DNA from: Candidatus Latescibacterota bacterium
GTDB taxonomy: Bacteria; Latescibacterota; UBA2968; UBA8231
DNA: 64,000 nucleotides
NCBI GenBank assembly: GCA_965243025.1
Contig: CBDETY010000003.1
Coordinates: forward strand, 672,001-736,000
Reading direction: 5' to 3'
Made by a program: the position numbers and the translations under genes. Below are positions 49,147 through 58,059 of the stretch, one piece after another. The number at the start of each line of letters is the position of its first letter. Positions within the stretch are counted from its first letter, which is position 1. The notes under the pieces are model-generated. The model saw only the letters and a program-made list of their open reading frames with translations. It ran no database searches and had not been told where the DNA came from.

Positions 49147-49914
49147 ATGAGCATGTTCGATCTGAGCGGCAAGACAGCCATCGTCACCGGGGGCAACAGC
49201 GGCATCGGCCTCGGGTTCGCGCGCGGCCTGGCGGGAGCCGGGGCCACGGTCGCCATCGCGGCGCGCAACGAGGAGAGGAACGCCGCGGCGGTGGCCGAGT
49301 TGGAGGAAGCCGGCGGACGTGCCCTCGCCGTCCGTTGCGACGTCTGCTCCGAGGCGGAGATCGCCGAGATGGCCGCCAAGGTGGTCGAGGAGGCGGGAGG
49401 CATCGACATCCTCGTCAACAACGCCGGCACCAACGTCCGCAAGCAGCCGGAAGAACTGAGCTACGAGGAGTGGAAGCTGGTGCTGGAGACCAACCTCGAC
49501 AGCGCCTTCCTGTGCAGCAGGGCATGCTTCCCGGCGATGAAGCGGGCCGGGGCCGGAAAGATCCTCAACAACGGTTCCATGCTGTCGATCTTCGGTGCCC
49601 CGTGGGGTTCCCCCTACGCCTCCTCCAAGGGGGGAATGGTGCAGCTGACCAAGTCCCTGGCGACCGCCTGGGCCCAGTACAACATCCAGGTCAACTGCTT
49701 TCTCCCCGGTTTCATCGACACCCCCCTGACCCGGGCGGCGCGCGCGCAGGTCGAGGGCCTGAACGAAAAGATGCTTGCCCGCTGCCCCGCCGGGCGCTGG
49801 GGGAGTCCCGACGACTTTGAGGGCCTCGCGGTGTTTCTGTCGAGCCCGGCGTCCGACTACGTCACCGGCACGGCGATCCCGGTCGACGGCGGGTTCTCCG
49901 TCAACATGCTGTAG
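49147..49914 (+). CDS. SDR oxidoreductase (KduD/gluconate 5-dehydrogenase-like)
   Basis: TGGNSGIG, NNAG, YASSK, DYVTG..IPVDGG. Confidence 0.92.
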   Translation: MSMFDLSGKTAIVTGGNSGIGLGFARGLAGAGATVAIAARNEERNAAAVAELEEAGGRALAVRCDVCSEAEIAEMAAKVVEEAGGIDILVNNAGTNVRKQPEELSYEEWKLVLETNLDSAFLCSRACFPAMKRAGAGKILNNGSMLSIFGAPWGSPYASSKGGMVQLTKSLATAWAQYNIQVNCFLPGFIDTPLTRAARAQVEGLNEKMLARCPAGRWGSPDDFEGLAVFLSSPASDYVTGTAIPVDGGFSVNML

Positions 49915-49924
49915 GCCCCTGCGC

Positions 49925-50881
49925 ATGGCGACCCTGATCACCGGAGGCACCGGATTCATCGCCGCGGAAGTCGCGCGCCTTCTCGTCTCCCGGGGGGAGA
50001 CGGACCTCACTGTTTTCGACATCGACGACTCGACCCGCCGCCTCGATGAAATCGCCGGCAAGGTGAGGATGGTGCGCGGCGACGTCGGCAACTTCAGCCA
50101 CGTTCTCGAAGCCGTCCGCGACAGCTCTCCGGAGGTCATCTACCACCTCGCGGGGATGCTGTCCCTCGGCTGCGAGGCCGACCCCCACTCGTCGATACGG
50201 GTCAACGCCCTGGGCACCTATCACGTGCTCGAGGCCGCCCGCCTGTTCGGGGTCGGCAAGGTGATCTTCTCCAGCAGCATCGGCACCTACGGAAGCGGCA
50301 TCACGACCGATGCCATGGACGACCTCACCCTGCAGCGGCCGCTGCTGGTGTACGGGGCCTGCAAGCTGTTCGGCGAGCACCTCGGACTCTTCTACCGGCG
50401 CAAGTACGGCCTCGACTACCGCGGCCTCCGCTATCCCCCCGTGGTCGGTCCCGGGGTCCGGTCGCTCGGGGTGACCCAGTACATCTCATGGGCGATCGAG
50501 GAGTCGGGCAGGGGGAACCCCTTCGCGATCTGGGTGCGGCCCGACACCCGCGCCACGGTGCTCTACTTCAAGGACATCGCGCGCGCCACCGTCGAGCTTG
50601 CCGGGGCGCCGGCGGAAGACCTGCGGATGATCAACTACCTGCTCGCCGGGCCGATGCCGACCGCGGGAGAGGTGGCCGCCGCGGTTGGCGACCGGGTTCC
50701 CGGGGCGCGGATCGAGTTCGCCGTGGACCCTGAGCGGCAGGCCCTGGCCGAGCACGCGGGCCTGCGGATCGACGACCGCTGCGCGCGCGAGGAGTGGGGG
50801 TGGAAGCCGGCCTACGGCTTGGAGGAGATGGTCGACGACTTCCTGCGCGAGCTGCGCGAGAACCCCCAACGGTACGGCTGA
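49925..50881 (+). CDS. NAD-dependent epimerase/dehydratase (extended SDR, L-threonine DH-like)
   Basis: TGGTGFI, YHLAG.LS, SSIG, YGACK. Confidence 0.88.
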   Translation: MATLITGGTGFIAAEVARLLVSRGETDLTVFDIDDSTRRLDEIAGKVRMVRGDVGNFSHVLEAVRDSSPEVIYHLAGMLSLGCEADPHSSIRVNALGTYHVLEAARLFGVGKVIFSSSIGTYGSGITTDAMDDLTLQRPLLVYGACKLFGEHLGLFYRRKYGLDYRGLRYPPVVGPGVRSLGVTQYISWAIEESGRGNPFAIWVRPDTRATVLYFKDIARATVELAGAPAEDLRMINYLLAGPMPTAGEVAAAVGDRVPGARIEFAVDPERQALAEHAGLRIDDRCAREEWGWKPAYGLEEMVDDFLRELRENPQRYG

Positions 50882-51061
50882 CAGGGTTCCCGGTGATCGC
50901 GGCCCGACCCCGGAGATGGCGCAAGTATCCGGGTTTCCGGTCAGTTGATTCCGGGGGGACCTGAGCCCGTGAAGATCGCCATGCTTTGCGAGGGGGATTG
51001 CATATGAGTGCCCGGGCACATGAACGGAAGCCGGGCGGTCGATAACGCGGAGCCGGATACC

Positions 51062-52456
51062 ATGAGCGAAGAGATCTGTTTTGACGACGCCACCGGGCTC
51101 GCCGCGCGAATACGCGCAAGGGAGCTTTCGCCGGTGGAGGTCACGGCCGCCTTCCTCGACCGGATAGAAGCGGCAGACCCCGGGGTCCACGCCCTCGTTA
51201 CCCTGGCCGGCGGCGCCCTCGAGCAGGCGCGGAAGGCGGAGACGGCGGCGGTCCGGGGCGAGTTCCGCGGGCCCCTGCACGGGGTGCCGTTCACCGCCAA
51301 GGACTGCTTCGACACCGCGGGGGTGAGAACGACCCGGGGTTCGCTGATCTTCTCCGACCTCGTGCCGGATACCGATGCCGAGGCGGTCGGCAGGCTCAAG
51401 GCAGCCGGGGGCATCCTTCTCGGCAAGACCAACCTGCCGGAGTTCGCGCTGCGGGCGGAGACCGCCAACCGCCTGTTCGACCGCACCCTCCACCCCATGG
51501 ACCCGGAGCGCACCTGCGGGGGTTCGAGCGGGGGCGAGGCCGCGGCGGTCTCCTCCGGTCTCTCCCCCCTCGGGATCGGCACCGATCTCGGAGGCTCCAA
51601 CCGGCTGCCCTCCCACTACTGCGGCAACGTCGGCTTCAAGCCGACCCACGGCCGCATCCCCCTGACCGGTTCGTGGCCGGAGCTGACCTGCCGCCACATG
51701 CACGTGGGGCCGCTCTGCCGCAGCGTTCGCGACGCCGCCCTGGCGCTGTCGGTGCTGTCGGGCCCCGACGGGGAGGACCCCTACGCCACGTCGGAACCGT
51801 TCCGGTTGGAGCAGGAAGCGGAAGGCGGGATCGCCGGCCTGAGGGTCGGGGTGTTCGCCGAAGGGCCGTTCGCGCCGGTGGAGAAGGAGATTCGCGGCGC
51901 CGTGTCCCGGGCGGCTGCGGCCCTGGAAGGGGCGGGGTGCCTGGTCGAGGAGGTCGATTTCGACTGGTCGGACAGGATGCCGATCGACGTCTGCATGACC
52001 ATGGTCAGGGCCGAGCTCGGGCCTTGTCTCGAGCCTTTCATCGAGGGCCGGGAGGAAGAGCTGAGCGAGCCGATCCGGGGGCTGCTCGACCTGCCGCGGC
52101 CCTCCCTGGAGGAGTTCCTCGGATCGATGGACAAACGCGACCTGCTGGCCCGGGACATGGCCGGTTTCTTCGCCGGCCACGAACTGCTGCTCTGTCCGAC
52201 GTCCCCTGTCACCGCGCACGGGCACGAAGCGGAGACGCTGCCCATAGACGGCGATGAGGCCGGGCCGGGCCACGCCGCGAACATCACCGCGGCCTTCGGT
52301 CTGGTCGGTTGTCCGGCCGTGTCCGTGCCGTTCGCCAAGAGCGGGGAAGGGCTGCCGATCGGGGTCCAGGTGGCGGCCCGGCATTTCGACGAGGCCACCC
52401 TGTTCCGGGCGGCGGGCGCGCTCGAATCCGCTGGGGGGCAGAGCCGCGGGGTCTGA
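51062..52456 (+). CDS. amidase signature family protein
   Basis: GVPFTAKD, GKTNLPE, GGSSGG, GTDLGGSNRLP, GLPIGVQ. Confidence 0.93.
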   Translation: MSEEICFDDATGLAARIRARELSPVEVTAAFLDRIEAADPGVHALVTLAGGALEQARKAETAAVRGEFRGPLHGVPFTAKDCFDTAGVRTTRGSLIFSDLVPDTDAEAVGRLKAAGGILLGKTNLPEFALRAETANRLFDRTLHPMDPERTCGGSSGGEAAAVSSGLSPLGIGTDLGGSNRLPSHYCGNVGFKPTHGRIPLTGSWPELTCRHMHVGPLCRSVRDAALALSVLSGPDGEDPYATSEPFRLEQEAEGGIAGLRVGVFAEGPFAPVEKEIRGAVSRAAAALEGAGCLVEEVDFDWSDRMPIDVCMTMVRAELGPCLEPFIEGREEELSEPIRGLLDLPRPSLEEFLGSMDKRDLLARDMAGFFAGHELLLCPTSPVTAHGHEAETLPIDGDEAGPGHAANITAAFGLVGCPAVSVPFAKSGEGLPIGVQVAARHFDEATLFRAAGALESAGGQSRGV

Positions 52457-52587
52457 CCCCGCCCGGCGCTGGCCGCAGGGATTCGCCGGGTAAGCTGTTG
52501 CCGGTGAAGGTTACGGGCGGTCAGGGCCGCGGACCTGCCCCGGCCTCGGGAGGGTCCAGGGGAATTCCGGGGGGGCGCCTGTTCCGC

Positions 52588-53361
52588 TCACCCCTTCGGC
52601 ACCACCATGGCGCGGTCGCCGTAGGGGATCGTGTCCATCCCGGTGTCGTAGATGCGCTCGAGGAAATCGCGGTCCCACGGCCGCTCTGCGGCCGGCAGCC
52701 GCTCGACTTTTCCCTCCTTCAGGAAGATGAAGTGGTCCCCGTAGAGGAAGGCGCTGTTGGGGTCGTGGAGGACGGCGAGGACGGTGAGGTCGGCGTCGAC
52801 GAGCTCGCGGATCAGGCGCAGGAGGTGGGCCGAGTTGAGGAAGTCGAGGTGGGAGGTCGGCTCGTCCAGGAGAATGAGTCGCGGCTGCTGGGCGAGGACG
52901 CGGGCGATGCGGACCATCTGCTGCTCGCCGCCCGACAGCTCGGTGTAGGGGCGTTCTCTCAGGTGGAGGATGCCTATCCGCCGCAGGGCCTCGACGGCGA
53001 TATCGAGGTCCTCCTGCCTGGGCGCATAGCTCACGTAGCTGGCGCGGCCGGTCAGCACAACGTCCTCGACGGCGAAGGGGAAGACCGGGCGGTGATGCTG
53101 CGGCAGGTACCCGAGGACCTTTGCCCGCCCCCGGGTCGAGAAGGAGCGCAGCTCCTCCCCCATGATACGGACCTCGCCGCGGTCGAACTCGAGCATGCCC
53201 CCCAGGATGCGCATGAGCGTCGACTTGCCGCTGCCGTTCTTGCCGAGCAGCACCGTGAACTGCCCCGAGGGAATCTCGAGGGAGACCTCGTCGAGGATCG
53301 GCCTCTCCTCGTAGGCGAAGGAGAGCTTCTCGACCGTTATCGCCGGGGTCAGTCCTCCCAT
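52588..53361 (-). CDS. ABC ATP-binding protein, Fe-chelate/cobalamin type
   Basis: GKNGSGKS, LSGGEQQ, LLDEPT, HD; start at MGGLTP. Confidence 0.92.
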   Translation of the reverse strand: MGGLTPAITVEKLSFAYEERPILDEVSLEIPSGQFTVLLGKNGSGKSTLMRILGGMLEFDRGEVRIMGEELRSFSTRGRAKVLGYLPQHHRPVFPFAVEDVVLTGRASYVSYAPRQEDLDIAVEALRRIGILHLRERPYTELSGGEQQMVRIARVLAQQPRLILLDEPTSHLDFLNSAHLLRLIRELVDADLTVLAVLHDPNSAFLYGDHFIFLKEGKVERLPAAERPWDRDFLERIYDTGMDTIPYGDRAMVVPKG

Positions 53362-54356
53362 CCGATCCGCGCCCTCTTTAAAAGGAAAATGAAGAACGGC
53401 CCCCCGAGCAGGGTGGTGAAGACCCCGACCGGGATCTCGAAGGAGGCCAGCGTTCGCGAGCAGGTGTCGACGAGCAGCAGGAAGGCGCCGCCGAAGGCGA
53501 AGGACGCCGGCAGGGTGTGGCGGTTGTCCGGCCCCAGCAGCATGCGCACCATGTGCGGAACCGCCAGTCCGATCATGCCGATGACCCCGGCCACGGCGAT
53601 CGCCGCGGAGGCCGCAAGGGTCGCCGGCACCAGGATCAGCACCCGTTCCCGCTCCGGGTTCAGCCCGACCGCCCGGGTCTCCTCGTCCCCCTGGGCGAGC
53701 ACGTTCATGCGCCAGCGGAACAGGAACAGCCAGATGACGCCGATCCCGATCCCGGGGGCCGCGGAGCGCAGCTTTGCCCAGCTCGAGTTGTGCAGGTTGC
53801 CCATGGTCCAGTGGACGATGGTCTGCAGCTTGTAGGGGTCGGTGAGGAACTGGACGATGGTCAGCAGGGCGGTGAAGATACCGGTGACGATCACTCCCGA
53901 GAGGATCAGGGAGACCACCGACACGGTCTTGCGGGTGCGGGCCAGGAAGTAGGCGAGGCCGACGGCGAAAAGGGCGAAGCCGAAGGCGGTCGGCTGCACC
54001 GGCAGCAACGGCAGGCTCAGGGCGAGGGCGGCGCCGAAGGCGGCCCCGGAGGAGAGACCGAGGATGTAGGGGGCGACGAGGGGGTTGCGAAACAGCGCCT
54101 GCAGGGCGTTGCCGGCCGCCGCCAGAGAGCCTCCCACCAGGAAGGTGAGGATGATCCGGGGCATCCGCACCTCCCAGACAATGGTGCCGACCAGGGCCTC
54201 TTCCGGGCCGGGGGACGGCTCGCGGAAGACGAGGCCGTAGAGCCAGGACAGGATCTTCCCGGCCTCGGCGCTCGCGGACGGTCCCAGCAGCAGCGAGCCG
54301 AAGAGCACGGGCAGGGGAAAAAGGTAGATGACGCGGCGCCGCAGGGTGGCGTTCAT
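53349..54356 (-). CDS. FecCD/BtuC family ABC permease
   Basis: RMPR, QALFRNPL..P..LG.SSGA, GLAVPH, EIPVGV.T..LGGPFF. Confidence 0.93.
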   Translation of the reverse strand: MNATLRRRVIYLFPLPVLFGSLLLGPSASAEAGKILSWLYGLVFREPSPGPEEALVGTIVWEVRMPRIILTFLVGGSLAAAGNALQALFRNPLVAPYILGLSSGAAFGAALALSLPLLPVQPTAFGFALFAVGLAYFLARTRKTVSVVSLILSGVIVTGIFTALLTIVQFLTDPYKLQTIVHWTMGNLHNSSWAKLRSAAPGIGIGVIWLFLFRWRMNVLAQGDEETRAVGLNPERERVLILVPATLAASAAIAVAGVIGMIGLAVPHMVRMLLGPDNRHTLPASFAFGGAFLLLVDTCSRTLASFEIPVGVFTTLLGGPFFIFLLKRARIGWED

Positions 54357-54550
54357 CGGCTGTGAACCGGGAAATGCATCGGAAACGGGCGAATTCGGGG
54401 TTGACCGGGCGCGGAAAAAGATAGAGCGGCCAACCCCGGCCGGCTAACCCGCCCCCTGAGATAAATGCCGCTGAACAGGGGTCTCGGGGAGGTCCTCGTG
54501 TCCCCTTTTTGGTCCCCCTTTTCAGCTTCACTTTTCAGCTTCATATGTTG

Positions 54551-54582
54551 TTGCTTTTTCCACAATATGTAATGATATTGGA
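54551..54582 (+). promoter_or_regulatory. AT-rich promoter with palindromic operator
   Basis: TTGCTT at 54551; CAATAT-N6-ATATTG at 54563-54580. Confidence 0.4.
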
Positions 54583-54593
54583 CGCAATTCGAG

Positions 54594-54734
54594 AGGCATT
54601 GCAGCCCCTTTTCTGCCCAATTCCACCAGATGGAGGCCACTATGAAGTTCGTTTTGCTTTACCCAGGCATTGCAGCCAGATTCACTTTTTCCAATTCCAC
54701 CGGATGGAGGCCACAATGAAGTTCGTTTTGCTTT
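54594..54734 (+). repeat. tandem duplication (about 71-74 bp) of the RBS and first codons
   Basis: CCAATTCCACC(A/G)GATGGAGGCCAC(T/A)ATGAAGTTCGTTTTGCTTT at 54617 and 54691. Confidence 0.85.
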
Positions 54735-55321
54735 CCCTGATCGCCTGCGTTTTCACCCTGATCGCCTGCACCGACCGCGACCCTGTTTCTTCCAAACAGC
54801 CGGGGACGGACACGGAGGCGGCCGCCAAGCGCATCAGCAGCGCAAGGACCACGAGCGCTCCCGTAGCGGGTGTGGCCGAATCCAAGGACATGGATGACGG
54901 CATGGGCATGGACGACGAAGGGATGGACGACGAAGGGATGGACGACGAAGGGATGGACGACGAAGGGATGGACGACGAAGGGATGGACGACGAAGGGATG
55001 GACGACGAAGGGATGGATGACGAAGGGATGGATGACGAAGGGATGGATGACGAAGGGATGGATGACGAGGGCATGGATGACGAAGGGATGGATGACGAGG
55101 GCATGGACGACGAAGGGATGGACGACGAAGGGATGGATGACGAAGGGATGGACGACGAGGGTATGGACGACGAAGGGATGGATGACGAAGGGATGGACGA
55201 CGAGGGTATGGACGACGAAGGGATGGACGACGAGGGTATGGATGACGGTGGAACCGATGACGGTGGAACCGATGACGGTGGAACCGATGATGGAGGCACC
55301 GACGACTCCTCGGGTAGCTGA
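54716..55321 (+). CDS. lipoprotein with (MDDEG)22 acidic Met-rich repeat
   Basis: GGAGG RBS; MKFVLLSLIACVFTLIA-C lipobox; repeat occupies more than half of the protein. Confidence 0.8.
   Translation: MKFVLLSLIACVFTLIACTDRDPVSSKQPGTDTEAAAKRISSARTTSAPVAGVAESKDMDDGMGMDDEGMDDEGMDDEGMDDEGMDDEGMDDEGMDDEGMDDEGMDDEGMDDEGMDDEGMDDEGMDDEGMDDEGMDDEGMDDEGMDDEGMDDEGMDDEGMDDEGMDDEGMDDEGMDDGGTDDGGTDDGGTDDGGTDDSSGS
54908..55297 (+). repeat. 15-bp coding tandem repeat: 22 x MDDEG, then MDDGG and 3 x TDDGG
   Basis: ATGGA(C/T)GACGA(A/G)GG(G/C/T) units varying only at synonymous positions. Confidence 0.97.
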
Positions 55322-55386
55322 GGTAAGCGTTTGAGGATCGGCCCCTTGGTACAGGAGGTCGGTTCCGCATAGAACCAGGAACAGAC

Positions 55387-55428
55387 AGAAGAAGCCCCCG
55401 GTGGCCTTTGCCCCCGGGGGCTTCTTCT
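55387..55428 (+). terminator. intrinsic terminator-like hairpin
   Basis: AGAAGAAGCCCCCGG / CCGGGGGCTTCTTCT, 15-bp perfect inverted repeat. Confidence 0.8.
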
Positions 55429-55554
55429 ATAGAGGGGGAACTTCAGACTCGGTCCCGGCGTTTGCCAGGAAGCAGATGCGCATCATGAAAACCCTTCAGG
55501 CCCCGAAAGAAACAGATTCCGTTTTCTGCTCTTTTCGCCGAATGGAGGTTTCTC

Positions 55555-56434
55555 ATGAAGTTCCTTCTGTTTTCCCTGCTCGTTTGCGTCCTCACGCTTG
55601 GCGCGTGCACCGACCGCGACCCTGTTTCTTCCAATCACTCGTCCGTGGACCCGGAAGGGTCCGCCAAGCGCGTAAGCAGCGCCAGGACTACAAGCGTTCC
55701 TGTAGCGGGTCTTTCCGAGTCGCGGCCGAAGCCGCCCGAAATGTTGGACGAGGCGATGGGCCCGCAGGCGTTCAAGGTCGCGATCGAAAATGTCACCACC
55801 GGGGAAGCGCCTTATCACCTGGCCCCGGGCGTATTCGTCGTCCACAGGGACGGTCAGCCCCTGTTCACCGAGGGTGAAGTGGAGCGCGGCGAGGGCCTCG
55901 AACCCCTGGCTGAAGACGGCAATCCCGGGCCCCTCTCAAGCAATTGGCGCCACGGTGTTCAATACGCCCGAGGGCAGCGACATGCCCGGGCCCCTGGGCC
56001 CAGGTGGTGGAATGGGTCCGGGTAACAGCTACGTCTTCGAGTTCGAGGCCGGAGAGGGCAGCTACCTGTCGTTTGCCACCATGCTGGTCCAGTCAAACGA
56101 CCTGTTCTTCGCTCCCGATGCGACCGGTATCGCCCTGTTCGAGGACGGCTACCCCATCAAGGGGGAAATAACCGGCCGGATCATGCTCTGGGACGCCGGC
56201 ACCGAGGTCAACCAAGAGCCCGGGACCGGTCCCGATCAGCCGATGAATCAGTCCGGACCGAACACAGGTGAGGACGAGGGCGGCGCGGTTCGTCTGGTAG
56301 ACGACGAGTTCGAATACCCGGAGACCGCCAGCGTCATCGCGGTGACCATCACCCCCTTGAAGGGCATGATGGACGATGAAGACGGGATGGCTGGCGACGA
56401 CGACGGAATGGAGGACGACGAGACCGACGGCTGA
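55555..56434 (+). pseudogene. spondin_N-domain lipoprotein, frameshifted near 55940 (pseudogene or sequencing error)
   Basis: Lipobox LGAC; LAPGVFVVH, GLEPLAEDGNP, then +1 frame LSFATMLVQSNDLF, LWDAGTEVNQEPG; acidic Met-rich tail. Confidence 0.8.
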
Positions 56435-56505
56435 CGCAAGGCCAGCCTGGGAGAACCGGTTTTCTGGTACAGAAGGCCGGTTCCGGGAAGTAACGGAAAC
56501 ACCGG

Positions 56506-56547
56506 AAAGCCCCCGGGGGCCGGTATTGCCGCCGGGGGCTTTTTCTT
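56506..56547 (+). terminator. intrinsic terminator
   Basis: AAAGCCCCCGG / CCGGGGGCTTT plus T tract; homologous to the 55387 hairpin. Confidence 0.8.
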
Positions 56548-56678
56548 GCCGTTGCCCCGGCAAGGGCTGCCGAAGGAGGGCTGCATGCCAGCTTGCAAGG
56601 CGGAGAGGGGACTTGCCCTCGACCGCGCCGTTCAGCCCCACCGGGCCGGGGTCCGACCCGAGGCGACAATTCGGGGGG

Positions 56679-57767
56679 TCAGCCACTCCCCCCGCGGAGC
56701 AGCTTGAGGAACTTCCCCTGCTGGCTTGCCAGGGAGTACCCGGCCTCGACCCGTTCCCTTCCCTCACGGCCCATCCGCGCCCGCAGCTCGGGGTCGGCGG
56801 CCAGCGCCAACAGCTTCTCCTCCCACTGCTCATCGGTGCCGGCGAGGTACCCCGTGACTCCGTCCACCACGATTTCGGCGTTGATCCCGACCGGGCTTGC
56901 GACTACAGGCAAGGCGCTCGCCATGTACTGGAGCAGCTTGTACCCCCCCTTCCCGAGGGTCCAGGGATCTTCGGTAAGCGGCATGATCCCGATGTCGAAC
57001 CCGGACAGGTCGCCGCTCTCCTCCTCCAGCCTCCACTCCTTCCTCTCCACCGGCACCCCGGCCCAGGACCAGGAGGCCGCCCCGACGAGGCGCAGCCTGA
57101 TCCCGGGGCAGCGCTTCCCCAACCGCGCCAGGGGAACCTGCAGAAGGTCGAGGTACTGGGCCGACGAGGCGCTTCCGATCCACCCGACGACCACGGTCTC
57201 TCCGGCGCGCCTGCCGCCGGCAGGCGGGCGGATGGCCTCGGTATCCACCGGCCCCGTGATCCTGGTGACCCTGCAGTAGCGGGCGGCGTAGTTGCCGGTG
57301 TAGTCGTTCTCGACGACAGCCCCCTCCGCCAGCTTCAGCATCGCCGGCAGGCCGCGGCGGTTGCGGCGCTCCTTCCAGGCCGCGGTCCAGTGGAGGCCGC
57401 GGATCTCGCTGGTGAAGATGGCGTCGTCGAAGTCGAACAGCACCGGCGGCCGCCGCAACCGCAGCAGGACTCTCACAGGCCAGGGAAAGATGACCTTCTG
57501 GACGAACAGCAGGTCGAAGCCCAGGCTCGACCGCCAGGCTCGCCACCCGCACAGCAGGGTTCGCCACCAGGTGTGGATGTAATAGAAGATCTTGCGCCAG
57601 GGTCTCCGGGTCGCCAGTAGTCCGGAACCCTCGGTCCCGCCGTCCGGGACGACGGTGATCACCCGGGTCTCGAAGCCGTGACGGTGCAGGTAAGGGAGGT
57701 ACTGGAAGACCCGCGTCCGGCTGCTCGCCATCGATGGGCCGTACTGGGTTACGAACAGGACCCGCAT
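56679..57767 (-). CDS. glycosyltransferase family 4
   Basis: ASSRTRVFQY, FDFDDAIF, GWIGS, DIGIMPL, GKGGYKLLQYMA..LPVVASPVG. Confidence 0.92.
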   Translation of the reverse strand: MRVLFVTQYGPSMASSRTRVFQYLPYLHRHGFETRVITVVPDGGTEGSGLLATRRPWRKIFYYIHTWWRTLLCGWRAWRSSLGFDLLFVQKVIFPWPVRVLLRLRRPPVLFDFDDAIFTSEIRGLHWTAAWKERRNRRGLPAMLKLAEGAVVENDYTGNYAARYCRVTRITGPVDTEAIRPPAGGRRAGETVVVGWIGSASSAQYLDLLQVPLARLGKRCPGIRLRLVGAASWSWAGVPVERKEWRLEEESGDLSGFDIGIMPLTEDPWTLGKGGYKLLQYMASALPVVASPVGINAEIVVDGVTGYLAGTDEQWEEKLLALAADPELRARMGREGRERVEAGYSLASQQGKFLKLLRGGSG

Positions 57768-58059
57768 GAATCAGACCTCGGTGTGTCGGGAACGACCTCC
57801 TCCCCCGGTGTGTCCGCAGGTTCCGGCCCGGGGAAAGGGGCCTCCAATGCGAAGTCGCCCGGAGGCGGAAGGCCTTGAAAAGTCTACCAAATACAGTGCG
57901 CTTGTTGAACAGGGCGGGTATTCGCCCGGGGTGAGGCCCTGCTGTCCCGGTCACCTCCCATGGGCAAACAGGAAAATTTTTCCTTGATCCGGCATCCGGC
58001 GCGGCCGTTTTTAGCACCTCAAACGGGGCGGCATCCCAAGCCAATAAGGGAGGAGAAAG

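Noticed and set aside
48097-52456. Polysaccharide biosynthesis cluster around gmd
   Set aside because: Neighbours are a KduD-like SDR, a threonine-DH-like SDR and an amidase; no flippase, polymerase or adjacent glycosyltransferases
54908-55297. Non-coding satellite, or the alternative frames (WTTKG)n and (PSSSI)n as real proteins
   Set aside because: Variation is synonymous only in the MDDEG frame, which also has the RBS and lipoprotein signal
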